From: an uncultured delta proteobacterium | GTDB taxonomy: Bacteria > Desulfobacterota > Binatia > UBA9968 | Assembly: GCA_963760795.1 (NCBI GenBank) | Contig: CAVXEP010000012.1 | Coordinates: forward strand, 160,001-224,000 | Direction: 5' to 3' | DNA: 64,000 nucleotides | Shown here: positions 9,919 to 19,611 of the stretch, in pieces | How positions within the stretch are numbered: position 1 is the stretch's first letter | How the letters are laid out: every line of letters begins with the position of its first letter | The notes under the pieces: model-generated | Told to the model about the DNA's origin: nothing | Databases searched by the model: none | What the model saw: only the letters and a program-made list of their open reading frames with translations | Position numbers and translations under genes: made by a program

Positions 9919-11069
9919 TTGGCTCCTTCACTCAGACGGTGAAACGTCGCTTCATAGCGTGACACCACCGCGTTCCAGGAGAAGTTCTTCACGGCGCGTT
10001 GGCGGCCGGATTGTCCCATCGCTGCGCCCATCTGGGGATCCTTTAGCAACGTAACAATCGACTCACTCAAGCGCTGGTAGTCTCCCGGCTCGACCAGAAT
10101 GCCGCTCGCGCCATGCTCAACTGCGTCAGGAAGCCCGCCGCACCGAGTGGCGATCACCGGCTTGCCGGCAGCGGCAGCTTCCAAGGCAACCATGCCGAAG
10201 CCTTCGACATCATAATCCAGATCCAAAACCGGCAGGACGACGACGTCGCACAGTGCGTAAAGCTGAACCAGTTCAGCATCGCTAACCGCGCCAAACCAGC
10301 GCACATAGCCGGAAAGATCGTGGCGCTCGATCGCTTGGCGAATCTCTGCAGCGACATCTTCGTGCTGGGTCAACGATTCCGTCGGATTGTCGCCGGCGAC
10401 GACGAAACAAACCTCAGGCACTTGCTTGACGATATCGACCAGTGAATGCTCGATGAATTCTTTGACGCCTTTGCGCCGGGCCAGCCGGCCGACGAAAAGA
10501 ATTACTTTACGGCTCACCAACCCCCGCGCTCGCTTTAGTGCTTCCGCGTCCTCTGCGACTTGGAAGCGCTGCCAGTCGACTCCGGGAGGGATTATCTCGA
10601 TCGCTCGCTCCGTCACGCCCTTCTGCTGAGCCAACCTCGCTGTGTGACGGCTGTTGGCAATCACGCGATCGACATAGCGAAGCCTGCGGACAACCAAGAA
10701 TTGATAGAGCGAACTGCGATAGATCAGATCTAAGCCATGGGCTTGGACGACCGCTTTGCGGCGAAACAAGCGGGCCAGTATCAAGACCATTGGCGTCACC
10801 AACACACTGCCGCCGAAAACCACGGATATGTTGCGGTTGCCGCGCAGTAGCGCTACCCCTTTGGTAAATGCGAAGAGAAAGTAGCGTGCGAGGCCAGTCG
10901 ACGCGGGCCGAAAAATCGTTTCGTCGCCCGCTGTGAAATGCGTATCGGCATACGCCGTGATCACTGATACCCGATGATTTTTGCTCAAGCCAGCGCAAAC
11001 GCTGGCGAGCAGCTGCTCCATCCCCCCCTGCCGCGGTGGATAATTCCACGTGATGACGAGAATCTCCAT
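9915..11069 (-). CDS. Glycosyltransferase family 4
   Basis: YPPRQGG, FVGRLARRKG, EGFGMVALEAAAAGKP. Confidence 0.93.
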   Translation of the reverse strand: MEILVITWNYPPRQGGMEQLLASVCAGLSKNHRVSVITAYADTHFTAGDETIFRPASTGLARYFLFAFTKGVALLRGNRNISVVFGGSVLVTPMVLILARLFRRKAVVQAHGLDLIYRSSLYQFLVVRRLRYVDRVIANSRHTARLAQQKGVTERAIEIIPPGVDWQRFQVAEDAEALKRARGLVSRKVILFVGRLARRKGVKEFIEHSLVDIVKQVPEVCFVVAGDNPTESLTQHEDVAAEIRQAIERHDLSGYVRWFGAVSDAELVQLYALCDVVVLPVLDLDYDVEGFGMVALEAAAAGKPVIATRCGGLPDAVEHGASGILVEPGDYQRLSESIVTLLKDPQMGAAMGQSGRQRAVKNFSWNAVVSRYEATFHRLSEGAN

Positions 11070-11080
11070 GCTCGCGGTAG

Positions 11081-11821
11081 TCAACGCTTGATCGTGCACA
11101 GATGATAAACTTGATACTGCCAATCCAGCGGCCAGAATGGTAAGGCGAACGCTTGGGCCGCGCGCACCGTCCACGCGTACCACGGTCCGCGAAAAATCCA
11201 TGACGGCGAGATCACGTGGAGATCGCGCCAGCGATAGCGCACTCTGAGACCAGCCCTGTCAAAAAGTTCGCGCCACTCAAACAGCGACCTGACGTCTTCC
11301 CGAATGTCGGCTTGCTGCGTTCCCGAATAGAGTCCCAAGCGCAAAGGCAAAAATCCTGCATTCGGTACGAGTAGAATGAATACCGCGTCCGGTTTCGCCA
11401 CTCGGACCATCTCGCGCAGCGCCGCTTGCGGATCTACGAAATGTTCCAAGGCCCCGAGACATGAAACAACGTCAAACTGCCGGTCGCCAAACGGCAATTG
11501 TTCGGCCGCACCGCAATGAAGCTCGGCAGGAGGAAGCGTCTCACGGCATAGGTCGAGGGCTTTTTGGGAAATATCGATGCCGGCGGGAACGGCGCCAAGT
11601 GCGGCAGCGGCGCCAAGCCATTGCCCTGTGCCGCAGGCGACGTCGAGCAACCGCTGGTTTTTCCAGGGTTGAAGCTTCTTGGCCAGCCGCCGGTAGTGCG
11701 CGGGAATTTTCCCCGTCGCGCTGGCATCCGCGTAATAGACCCGATCGTAGAAATCGCGCAGTGCCGCTAGGTTCGGAGGATCTTGAGTTTTTGGTTGCGG
11801 ATTCACGCTATCGGCAATCAC
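11081..11821 (-). CDS. Class I SAM-dependent methyltransferase
   Basis: LLDVACGTG, AEQLPF, FDVVSCLGALEH. Confidence 0.92.
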   Translation of the reverse strand: MIADSVNPQPKTQDPPNLAALRDFYDRVYYADASATGKIPAHYRRLAKKLQPWKNQRLLDVACGTGQWLGAAAALGAVPAGIDISQKALDLCRETLPPAELHCGAAEQLPFGDRQFDVVSCLGALEHFVDPQAALREMVRVAKPDAVFILLVPNAGFLPLRLGLYSGTQQADIREDVRSLFEWRELFDRAGLRVRYRWRDLHVISPSWIFRGPWYAWTVRAAQAFALPFWPLDWQYQVYHLCTIKR

Positions 11822-12705
11822 CCATCGTCCTGGCGCCGCCCGCTCTCCTGGCGCTCCATGCGCAAGAGCGCGATCTGTTCGGAGATCAAACCCAACATGA
11901 AAATAATCACCGCAGTGGTCAAGGCGAACACCGACATGTTGGTGAAACGATTCTGCGTGACGTAAGTGTAAATGTAATTACCAAGGCCGACGACGAAGAA
12001 AAACACACTCACCGGCAAGAAAACCCGAAACGGCGCGAACAACGTGGCGATCTTGGTGATGATCAGCAGGAACAGGATGCCGTCGGTTACCAGGCTGATT
12101 TTACTCTGGCCGGCGCGGTAAAGTGTCTGGATCGGCACATACTTGACGGTCAACCCGGAACGCAGAAAGGCCAGCGTCAATGTCGTCGGGTACGAAAACG
12201 TATTGGGCAGCAAATCGATGAAGCGCAGCGCGTCGCGCCGGCGCATGGCACGAAACCCCGAGGTCAGATCCTCGACCCTAAATCGGGTCACATAGGATGC
12301 CAAGAGATTGTAAACCATGTTGGCCAGGTTGCGGTGTACTCGCAGCTTCGATCCCTTGGCGCGCGCGCCAACCACCATGTGAAAAATGGTCGCCGCGGCT
12401 AACAGTTTGGGAATATCCTCGGGCTTGTGCTGGCCATCGCCGTCCATCAGCACGATGACCTTGCCTTTGGCCGCGCGCATGCCGCTTTTCACCGCCGCGC
12501 CATTACCGATGTTGTAGGGATGGCGCACGACGTTGGCGCCGGCCGCCATGGCGATATCCGCGCTGCCGTCGCTGGAGCCATCATCGACGACGATGATTTC
12601 GCTATCGGTCAACCCGAGGGCGCGAATCTGGCCAAGTAGTTTTTTTAGATTCGCCGCTTCGTTGTAGACGGGAACGATGATTGAGGTTTCGACTGGGTTA
12701 GCCAT
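11818..12705 (-). CDS. GT2 polyprenol-phosphate glycosyltransferase-like protein
   Basis: VDDGSSD, MDGDGQH, DLTSGFRA, two C-terminal TM helices. Confidence 0.92.
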   Translation of the reverse strand: MANPVETSIIVPVYNEAANLKKLLGQIRALGLTDSEIIVVDDGSSDGSADIAMAAGANVVRHPYNIGNGAAVKSGMRAAKGKVIVLMDGDGQHKPEDIPKLLAAATIFHMVVGARAKGSKLRVHRNLANMVYNLLASYVTRFRVEDLTSGFRAMRRRDALRFIDLLPNTFSYPTTLTLAFLRSGLTVKYVPIQTLYRAGQSKISLVTDGILFLLIITKIATLFAPFRVFLPVSVFFFVVGLGNYIYTYVTQNRFTNMSVFALTTAVIIFMLGLISEQIALLRMERQESGRRQDDG

Positions 12706-14479
12706 TCAATTGATAGAGTGCGTGGCCGCGCTCACGGAAGTTGAGCCGCAGCCGGCGCGTCGCAAAGTCATTCCATAGGCGGGCTTGATCGGCACTCAGA
12801 TTGTTACTGAGAAAATCTGTCAGGAGATCCTCGCGTAGCATGAGATGGGTGATCTGTTTTCCCCTGAGCGACTGTTCTAACTGTGCGATGTCTTTCGCGT
12901 TACGAATTGCGGCCAAAAGAAATCCGGGAAGTTCACCGCCATCGTGGAAATAGTTTCGCTGGCAATAATACGCTCTCCGGCCGATAAAGAGAAGATAAAT
13001 TTTCGCATGCGCCGGCGTTTCTCGGTTGATATAGCGAAACGTCGGATACTCCGGCAGCGTTCGTGCGAGATAGCCATCGCGGCTCTCCGCGCCAATTAGA
13101 TAAGGCCATGGAGCGGCCGCCGCAACATACTTCCACAGAAATGCGCCATGCCATATCGCGAACAGCGAGAGGCCGGCAAATAAAATCGCCGGCCGCTTGA
13201 TCCGGGCATAAATATTGAACACCCCGTAAACCGCTAAGATCGCCAGCGGCGGGACGATCGACAGCACGTAGCGCACCCGCAGGTCGACCAAGAAGAGCGC
13301 ATAGAGAAGCGACAACAGGGAAAAACTGGCGAGCAATTTCTTGTCCTCCGACCACTTGCCGGTGAAGACCCAGGGCAACAGTAAAATCAACAGCGGCGTC
13401 AACACGCCGTCAAAGTATTGCGGGTTATCGTCCTGGCCGGAAAAAAACAGCCGCAGCGGCAGCGCGACGATCTGCCAGATGTTTTCGCCGTATAAGAGCT
13501 CGCGCTTGTCGAATATGCCGATGCCTGGGAAACTAGCCGCGTCCAAGACGGCGGCGGCCTTCGCGCGGAACAAGCCAGGGAAGAACGGGTAAAATGGATT
13601 GCCGGTTTGCCACCAGTTCTTGAGCAACCAGGGTAAGAACGGCAGTAGCGTCAAGGCGCCCAATAGCGCGGCTTCTTGCATCGATGCGAACAAACTTTGC
13701 CGCGGCGGTTTGGCCAACACCATAGCAAACAGCATGACGATAATCAGCGCCGCCACCAGACCATTGGGCTTGGTAGCCAGAGCGAATCCCAACGACAGTC
13801 CGGCCAAGGCCAGCGCGCCCAAAGCGTTTCTATTTTCCCGCCAGCGCAGCATCAACAACAGCGCCGCGGTGGTGTAAAAAGTAATGCCGAGATCGATATA
13901 GCCCCAGTGGCTGAGCCGCAGGATCACCGGCGTCGACAAAAAGAAAAAGGCGCCGAGCAAACCGTACAGCCCATTCATGCGCCAACCCAGATACGCGTAG
14001 ATCAGCAGCCCGGTGAGCGCGCCGTAGAGCGCGTGAATCCACTTGGGGACAAAATCATAGCCCCAATAAATCCACGGCGTGTAGAGCATGTCGACCAGCA
14101 TTGGATAGTAGGCGTAGGGCGCTAGCGGCACTTCGACGATGCGCCCGGCATCGGCGTAGAGCTTGGGTATCGCCAGATGATGGGTCAACTCATCGCGACT
14201 GGTGGGCGGCAGTAGCCCAAGTAGTCCTTCGGTGAGGAGAATCGCCAGGATCACCAGCCAGATACCGCGCCCGACCCAGTTGGTCTGAGCAAAGGCCGCC
14301 AAGAAGTTCCACAGGAAAAACAGCAGCGCCACTACGAGACCCGCGGCGATAGCGAGATTGAGCACCGGGCTGTGAACCAAACCGGCCAGGCCCGCCAGCA
14401 AGTAAACCGTGCCAGCCCCACCGAGCAGGCAACCGATAACGCAAGTGCGGGTCAGGAGTTGTGCGAAGCGCGCTTCCAT
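12698..14479 (-). CDS. Multi-pass GT-C fold glycosyltransferase (ArnT/GT39-like)
   Basis: More than 10 TM segments, RDELTHHL loop, ATKPNG, KNWWQTGNPFYP. Confidence 0.8.
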   Translation of the reverse strand: MEARFAQLLTRTCVIGCLLGGAGTVYLLAGLAGLVHSPVLNLAIAAGLVVALLFFLWNFLAAFAQTNWVGRGIWLVILAILLTEGLLGLLPPTSRDELTHHLAIPKLYADAGRIVEVPLAPYAYYPMLVDMLYTPWIYWGYDFVPKWIHALYGALTGLLIYAYLGWRMNGLYGLLGAFFFLSTPVILRLSHWGYIDLGITFYTTAALLLMLRWRENRNALGALALAGLSLGFALATKPNGLVAALIIVMLFAMVLAKPPRQSLFASMQEAALLGALTLLPFLPWLLKNWWQTGNPFYPFFPGLFRAKAAAVLDAASFPGIGIFDKRELLYGENIWQIVALPLRLFFSGQDDNPQYFDGVLTPLLILLLPWVFTGKWSEDKKLLASFSLLSLLYALFLVDLRVRYVLSIVPPLAILAVYGVFNIYARIKRPAILFAGLSLFAIWHGAFLWKYVAAAAPWPYLIGAESRDGYLARTLPEYPTFRYINRETPAHAKIYLLFIGRRAYYCQRNYFHDGGELPGFLLAAIRNAKDIAQLEQSLRGKQITHLMLREDLLTDFLSNNLSADQARLWNDFATRRLRLNFRERGHALYQLNG

Positions 14480-14637
14480 CAGAATACCTTGCCACCCTGG
14501 TGACTCTCGGCCGGCATAGCGCAAGCCACTGCACCTAGCCGCGCTTGGGAAACATTAGCGCCGGTCATCAATGAGAGCGGAGCAAACAAAATGATTTTCA
14601 GTAATCGCCGGAGTGGACAATGAATTAGCTTGTCTCC

Positions 14638-14678
14638 GCCCGGTTGGCGCTGGCGGCTCCCGCCATCGCCAACCGGGC
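14638..14678. repeat. GC-rich intergenic hairpin (REP-like or terminator)
   Basis: GCCCGGTTGGCG-C-TGGCGG pairs with CCGCCA-T-CGCCAACCGGGC. Confidence 0.65.
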
Positions 14679-14702
14679 AGAAATTTTTTGCGGGCAGAGT
14701 TA

Positions 14703-14942
14703 CTAAACGATAACCGCAACCGCGGCGCCGAATTTGATAAAGTCGCCCTCTTTGGCGCTTACCTCACCCAGCGTGCCATCCGCCGGCGCTTCGATCTCGA
14801 CGTTGACTTTGTCGGTTTCGACTTCGAGCAGCGCTTCGCCCTTTTTCACCGCTGCACCAGAGGTCTTGATCCAGCGCAGGATTCTCACCTCGTCGCTCTC
14901 GTCGCTGGAACCCAAACGCGGCACGATTACGTCGGTCTTCAT
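14703..14942 (-). CDS. Stand-alone lipoyl-domain protein
   Basis: LLEVETDKVNVEIEAPADG lipoylation motif. Confidence 0.92.
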   Translation of the reverse strand: MKTDVIVPRLGSSDESDEVRILRWIKTSGAAVKKGEALLEVETDKVNVEIEAPADGTLGEVSAKEGDFIKFGAAVAVIV

Positions 14943-14950
14943 GCCGGATC

Positions 14951-15553
14951 CTACAGAGATGGCGCGTCGAAGCTGTCGGCCAAGGATTTGAGCTTTAACG
15001 TCTGGCGCATGTTTTCGAGAAACGCGTGGACGTTTTTATACTGCGCCGGGACATCGTATTTCACCGCGGTATACAGATAATGCAGCTCCGAGAAGATCGA
15101 GATGTCGGCAAGGGTCATCTTGTTGTCGAAGATGAATTTCTTGCCGGCATACATCTGGTCCAGGGTTTTGAAGTGGCTATCCCACTCGGCCTCGGCTTTT
15201 TGCTTAGCTTCTGGATTATCGGCGCGCCGCATGGCGTGATTGGCGTGTATCAAAACTTCGTCGGACCAGTCTTCGATCGCCAGGCAAAGCCCCTTGTTAT
15301 TGGCGCCTTCTGGATAAATGCTGTTCTGCGGATGATCCTTTTCCAGCCGCGCTGAGATCACCGTCGAGTCGATCACACACTCGCCGTTGTAATTGACCGT
15401 CGGCACTTTGCGCTGATTAGTGTATTCGAGCAACGACTTGCGCTCGTCGGCACGCACATCAATGACCTCGTAGGGCACCTTCTTCAGCGCAAAGACCACC
15501 CGGACCTTTTCGCAAAACATCGAGGTTTGAGAATTGAACAATTTGATCGCCAT
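14951..15553 (-). CDS. Glutathione S-transferase family protein
   Basis: SMFCEKVR, KVP, DSTVI, TLADI. Confidence 0.92.
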   Translation of the reverse strand: MAIKLFNSQTSMFCEKVRVVFALKKVPYEVIDVRADERKSLLEYTNQRKVPTVNYNGECVIDSTVISARLEKDHPQNSIYPEGANNKGLCLAIEDWSDEVLIHANHAMRRADNPEAKQKAEAEWDSHFKTLDQMYAGKKFIFDNKMTLADISIFSELHYLYTAVKYDVPAQYKNVHAFLENMRQTLKLKSLADSFDAPSL

Positions 15554-15770
15554 GGTTTCGATCCTCCCTTAGTGTAATCGTAAACAATTTGAACGGTTGA
15601 AATCACTAATGCGGCAACCCCGAACGTAGGCCGGCGTCGCTTATGTATAGTAAGCCATGCATCAAATCAGACCAATTCTCAACCCCGCGGCGGCCGCCGT
15701 CATTGACCTTAGCGGAGTTCGTGAGTATTCTACTGCCAACCGCGAAGGTAAGTTTACACGAGGATCAAAG

Positions 15771-15983
15771 ATGGCGAAGTACCTACACTGTAGCGAGTGC
15801 GGCAAGCTGGCTTTTTATTATGACGACTTTGTCGGCACCGAAAAGCCTTTCTACAAACGCTTCATGCGCTACCCCGAAGGCGAAACCAAGCATGAACCGC
15901 CGCGCTGCTTCAACTGTGGCGGCGTCCCGCGCTTGATCCACGACAATATCAAGGAAGAAAAAGCCGCTGCGGCTAAGCACTAA
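15771..15983 (+). CDS. Small Zn-ribbon-like protein
   Basis: CSEC and CFNC pairs, GAGGA ribosome-binding site, downstream hairpin. Confidence 0.75.
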   Translation: MAKYLHCSECGKLAFYYDDFVGTEKPFYKRFMRYPEGETKHEPPRCFNCGGVPRLIHDNIKEEKAAAAKH

Positions 15984-16068
15984 TTAGCCGGCAAGTTTCC
16001 CAGCTCTCGCCGGAAATCATTACCGGCGCGAGTTTCAACAATTTCCTGTAATAATCACTGCCCGGGGC

Positions 16069-16386
16069 TCAACTTCGCGCACTGATCGCCTTCAAGTGCT
16101 CCTGCACGACTTCACTAGGACACAGACGGAGAAATAATTTTAAGCCGCCGAGGATAACCGCAAGGTCGTCCAGCTGACCGACCCCGATAAGGAAATCCGG
16201 CAGCAGATCGGTTGGCAAGATGACATAGGCCAAGATGCCGGCGACCACCAGTTTGGCGCTGGCAGAAACCCTTGGGTCATTGATCAAGCGTGAAAACAGT
16301 TTCACAAAGCTCGGCAGATGGGTGAGCAGCTGAAAGAATTTGCCCCAGCCCAACTGCCGGATGATTCGTGTTGGTTTCACTGCCAT
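16069..16386 (-). CDS. YkvA/DUF1232 family membrane protein
   Basis: YVILPTDLLPDFLIGVGQLDD. Confidence 0.92.
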   Translation of the reverse strand: MAVKPTRIIRQLGWGKFFQLLTHLPSFVKLFSRLINDPRVSASAKLVVAGILAYVILPTDLLPDFLIGVGQLDDLAVILGGLKLFLRLCPSEVVQEHLKAISARS

Positions 16387-16431
16387 GGCTTAGATCCTCC
16401 GCCAACGTAACAGACGCCGGCGCACCCATGC

Positions 16432-17143
16432 CTATTCACGCGCGCGCTGACATGCCAGTCGATCCAAGTCTAGTGCTTGTCCAAGACTGGCGCGCCGCGG
16501 GCGAACAACCCGATCACACCCTGGCGAACGTCTTTTCTCAGCACCATCATACCTAGGGCCAAGATAATATAGAGAATCGAATAGTAGAAACGAAACTGCG
16601 GATCGGGAAAAAACAGCTGAGTCGCAAACAACATATGACACAGCCTCGCCGAGGCTAAACTTGAGATTGGCCAAGATCACCACGGCAAACAGCGCCTGCG
16701 CCGCGGTCAAAAACATCTCCTCGATTTGCCGCTGGTCCAATTCCATCGGCCCCAAGCGGCCCGCCGACACCATGAACACCACCGGCAGCATGCCAATCAG
16801 CAGAGTCCACTGGTTGACCTTGGAAGAAAGCAGCGCGCCCATGCTGATGCCGGGCTGGGCCTTTCACGCGAACAGAATCGCGACGATGAACTCCGGCGAC
16901 TCCGAAGATGCCGAACGTCCGGCCCGTCGCCAGCAGCCCCTCGGCAAACGGCTCCGCCGCGATGAAAATCGCCACCCCGGAACTCAAAGCCAGCCAATGC
17001 GGCGGCGGATGGGCGCGGAGAAATGGACAACCAGCCACTACAAGCAAACCAGCGCTGAAGAGCCGATCCACAGCCAATGCGCCATTGGTTTCCCCCGCGC
17101 GATGATTACAATATCGTCATGAAAATTCCCGATCCTATTTTCA
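16432..17143 (-). pseudogene. Sodium:calcium antiporter (CaCA) remnant
   Basis: AEPFAEGL, SPEFIVAILF and LLSSKVNQWTLL lie in different frames, with an internal deletion and stop; boundaries approximate. Confidence 0.8.
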
Positions 17144-17330
17144 TAACCCAGAGGTTAAGTCAATTCGGCAATAAGAAAAATGCCACTGCGGCGCGACCGC
17201 GGGGAAATTCGAACCACCTTGTCAAGGCAAAGTAACAGTTGTCGGTAGGTTAACCCTTACGGCAACCGCCTGCGGTCAGCAGGGGAGCGCCTGCCGATAT
17301 TTCAATAGCAGCGGTACTGAAAGAAGAATT

Positions 17331-17620
17331 TGGTGGTGGCAGCAAGACAGGTAAAGAACGCTCTACACCCCTTCGTTCCGGTTACCTTAGGCGAAAGGCA
17401 AGAACCCACCCGAGGCGCCGCAGAGCAGTGCATTCGGGGCGGGGTGAGATTGGCAGCGTCGAAGACTGAATTGTTCCATTCAGGAGCGTCCGCTTACTGT
17501 TTTCGCAGGTCACACCCGGCCGGTATCAGCAAACAGACCAGTATGTTACAGGTGCGAGCGCCCGAATCAGCGCTCGCGGACCGGAGTTCCCACCCCGATC
17601 CCAGAATCGCCGCCGCGCCC
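17331..17620 (-). ncRNA. Candidate structured ncRNA of unknown family (~285 nt)
   Basis: Terminal helix plus several nested stems with G-U pairs that form only on the minus strand; ends in CCACCA. Confidence 0.5.
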
Positions 17621-17726
17621 AAAAGCTTCGGGACTTAGCTCGCCAGGATTTTGCTAATATCGTCGAATGTCGAGTCCATTTTCAGCTCTCCTCGTTTTCG
17701 CTCGTTGCGCTATTGTGATTACGACT

Positions 17727-18650
17727 TTACTTCTTGACGATCCTGTATCCCTGTCTATCCAGAATGTTGAAGATCTGAATCAACTGATTGGTCGGTTCAT
17801 AGCCTCGATAGGGGAAATAAGTCTGGATGATGGCATTCTTCCATTTCGGATGGCCACTGGTTTCTAGATATTCCCTGCCGTTCAATACCGAGAGCACCAA
17901 TTGTTGCATTTCGCCGGCGAACTTTTCGCTTCTGTTGTCCACCCCCATGATCGCCGATGGCACGGAAAACGTGTCCGTATCGGCGCCAGTCCAACCATAG
18001 TGTTTCTTGCCCAATGGAGTCCGAAGATAGATTTGCTCCAGCACCGCATTGCCTGGCAGGCGGACGAAATGGAATCTGCCGTCTAGTTTTGCAATGAACG
18101 GCACGGGGGCACCGCCGACGAACACAACGGCGTCAAGCATGCCTTGATCCATCTTCTTGACGGCGTCTTCAAACGTGTCGTGGGCCACGTTGGCTTTGAT
18201 ATCGTAGACGGAAAATAACACCGCCGCTGTAAGCGCCGTGCCGCCGCCCTGCACGCCCACCGACACCCTTTTCCCCTCGAGATTGTAGAAGGATTGAATA
18301 TCCTTATCCTTAGCAAGAATATGGATTTCTTCTGGGTACAGATTCAAAACGACTTTGATGCTGTCGAAGACGTCTAAACCCTGCTGTTGTTTGGCGATTT
18401 CGGAAGTAAACCGCAGCGCGTCCAGCTGGACGATGGCCAGGTCGACCTTGCCGGTGCCCAGTAGTTCGATATTTTCGAACGAGCCTTTGGTCGGCATCAC
18501 CTGCAGTTCGATCCTGTCCTTCAGCGCCAAATTCTTGATATCTTGGGCGATCTGAAAATAAGTTCCGTCGCTCGGCCCCGTGGCGATGGTGAACGCCCAG
18601 GACAGCTGTACCCAGAGCAAAGCGATCAACACGCACAGAATTTTATTCAT
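17727..18650 (-). CDS. TAXI family TRAP solute-binding protein
   Basis: Signal peptide, IATGPSDGTY, TKGSFEN, LYPEEIH. Confidence 0.92.
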   Translation of the reverse strand: MNKILCVLIALLWVQLSWAFTIATGPSDGTYFQIAQDIKNLALKDRIELQVMPTKGSFENIELLGTGKVDLAIVQLDALRFTSEIAKQQQGLDVFDSIKVVLNLYPEEIHILAKDKDIQSFYNLEGKRVSVGVQGGGTALTAAVLFSVYDIKANVAHDTFEDAVKKMDQGMLDAVVFVGGAPVPFIAKLDGRFHFVRLPGNAVLEQIYLRTPLGKKHYGWTGADTDTFSVPSAIMGVDNRSEKFAGEMQQLVLSVLNGREYLETSGHPKWKNAIIQTYFPYRGYEPTNQLIQIFNILDRQGYRIVKK

Positions 18651-18743
18651 AAGAGTCTCCTTTTCGTCGGGTTAAATGAGCGGTCTTTTCTTGATCGACT
18701 CACGCATGCCGCAAACTTCGCCTAACCATCGGACCTATTGGTT

Positions 18744-18926
18744 TCACTCGACAGGAGCGGCTTCTTTGCAATCGGCCGCCGGAGCCGACGCCGCAGCGGG
18801 AACCGCGTGCCATTCGGTCTGGGGAACAAAGACAGGCTTATCGGGTTGCGATTCAAAGTGCGGCGACATGATGTACACGCCGAATTCATTGAACGCATCC
18901 TGTATTTGCGCGCGCAATTCGGACAA
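18744..18926 (-). pseudogene. MscS mechanosensitive channel C-terminal fragment
   Basis: SELRAQIQDAFNEFGVYIMSPHF; N-terminal part absent. Confidence 0.75.
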
Positions 18927-19611
18927 GACCCAGGCGCGATTCTTTTCCTAGCTCTTGAATCGTTTCCGGCGTCCCCTGAGTCGAGTGACCCGAGTGGACG
19001 ATTTTCTCCGCCGCCACGCCGTCGATATGAGCACTCATATACTTCACAACACGGCTCAGCACGTCCCGCAGCAGCGACGCCGAGTACGCTAGCGGATTGC
19101 CCGTGTTGTCTACGAAGTAGCAGAACTCGTAGGCACCGAAGGTCGCGCTATCGTTCATGGCGACTCGTGCCTTCAACGCAGCCTATTTCCCCTTCAGCAG
19201 TGCTTCTCTCTTCTGATTGTATCCCCCTCCGAAAAGATCCTTTTATCGTACGCGGCCTTAAGGTCCACTAGTTCCTGACCTGTGGTGGTTGTCTTGGTCT
19301 GCTGAATAGTTTCGTCACCGCCGCCGATCGATAGGCAGCCGGACAATGCCCATGACAAGGTCAGCCAACCGACTAGATTTACGATTCCGCGCTTTTCATC
19401 TGTGATACCGTGCTTTTTTTGATGGCAGTTATTGCATTGATTTCATCTTAGTAGTCAGGCGCAGCGACTTGGGCCTGCAGCGAAGCGGCGGCTCCCGCAA
19501 CGCACAGTATCGCTGCGAGTGTGGACGCGAATCGTGCCATATAGGCTCCCGATGTTCCGAAATTGCTGACGAGGCGCATCACACCCTATTTTCAAGAATT
19601 ATTGATGTCCG

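Noticed and set aside
11461-12402. Long antisense ORFs such as 11461-12402, 25318-26178, 33220-33969 and 51986-52744
   Set aside because: They shadow well-supported genes on the opposite strand, lack recognisable motifs and are expected in GC-rich DNA.
17331-17620. tRNA, tmRNA, SRP RNA, RNase P or group I intron call for the structured region
   Set aside because: No T-loop before the CCA, no tag reading frame recognised, no SRP helix-8 or RNase P signature, and no P7 pairing.
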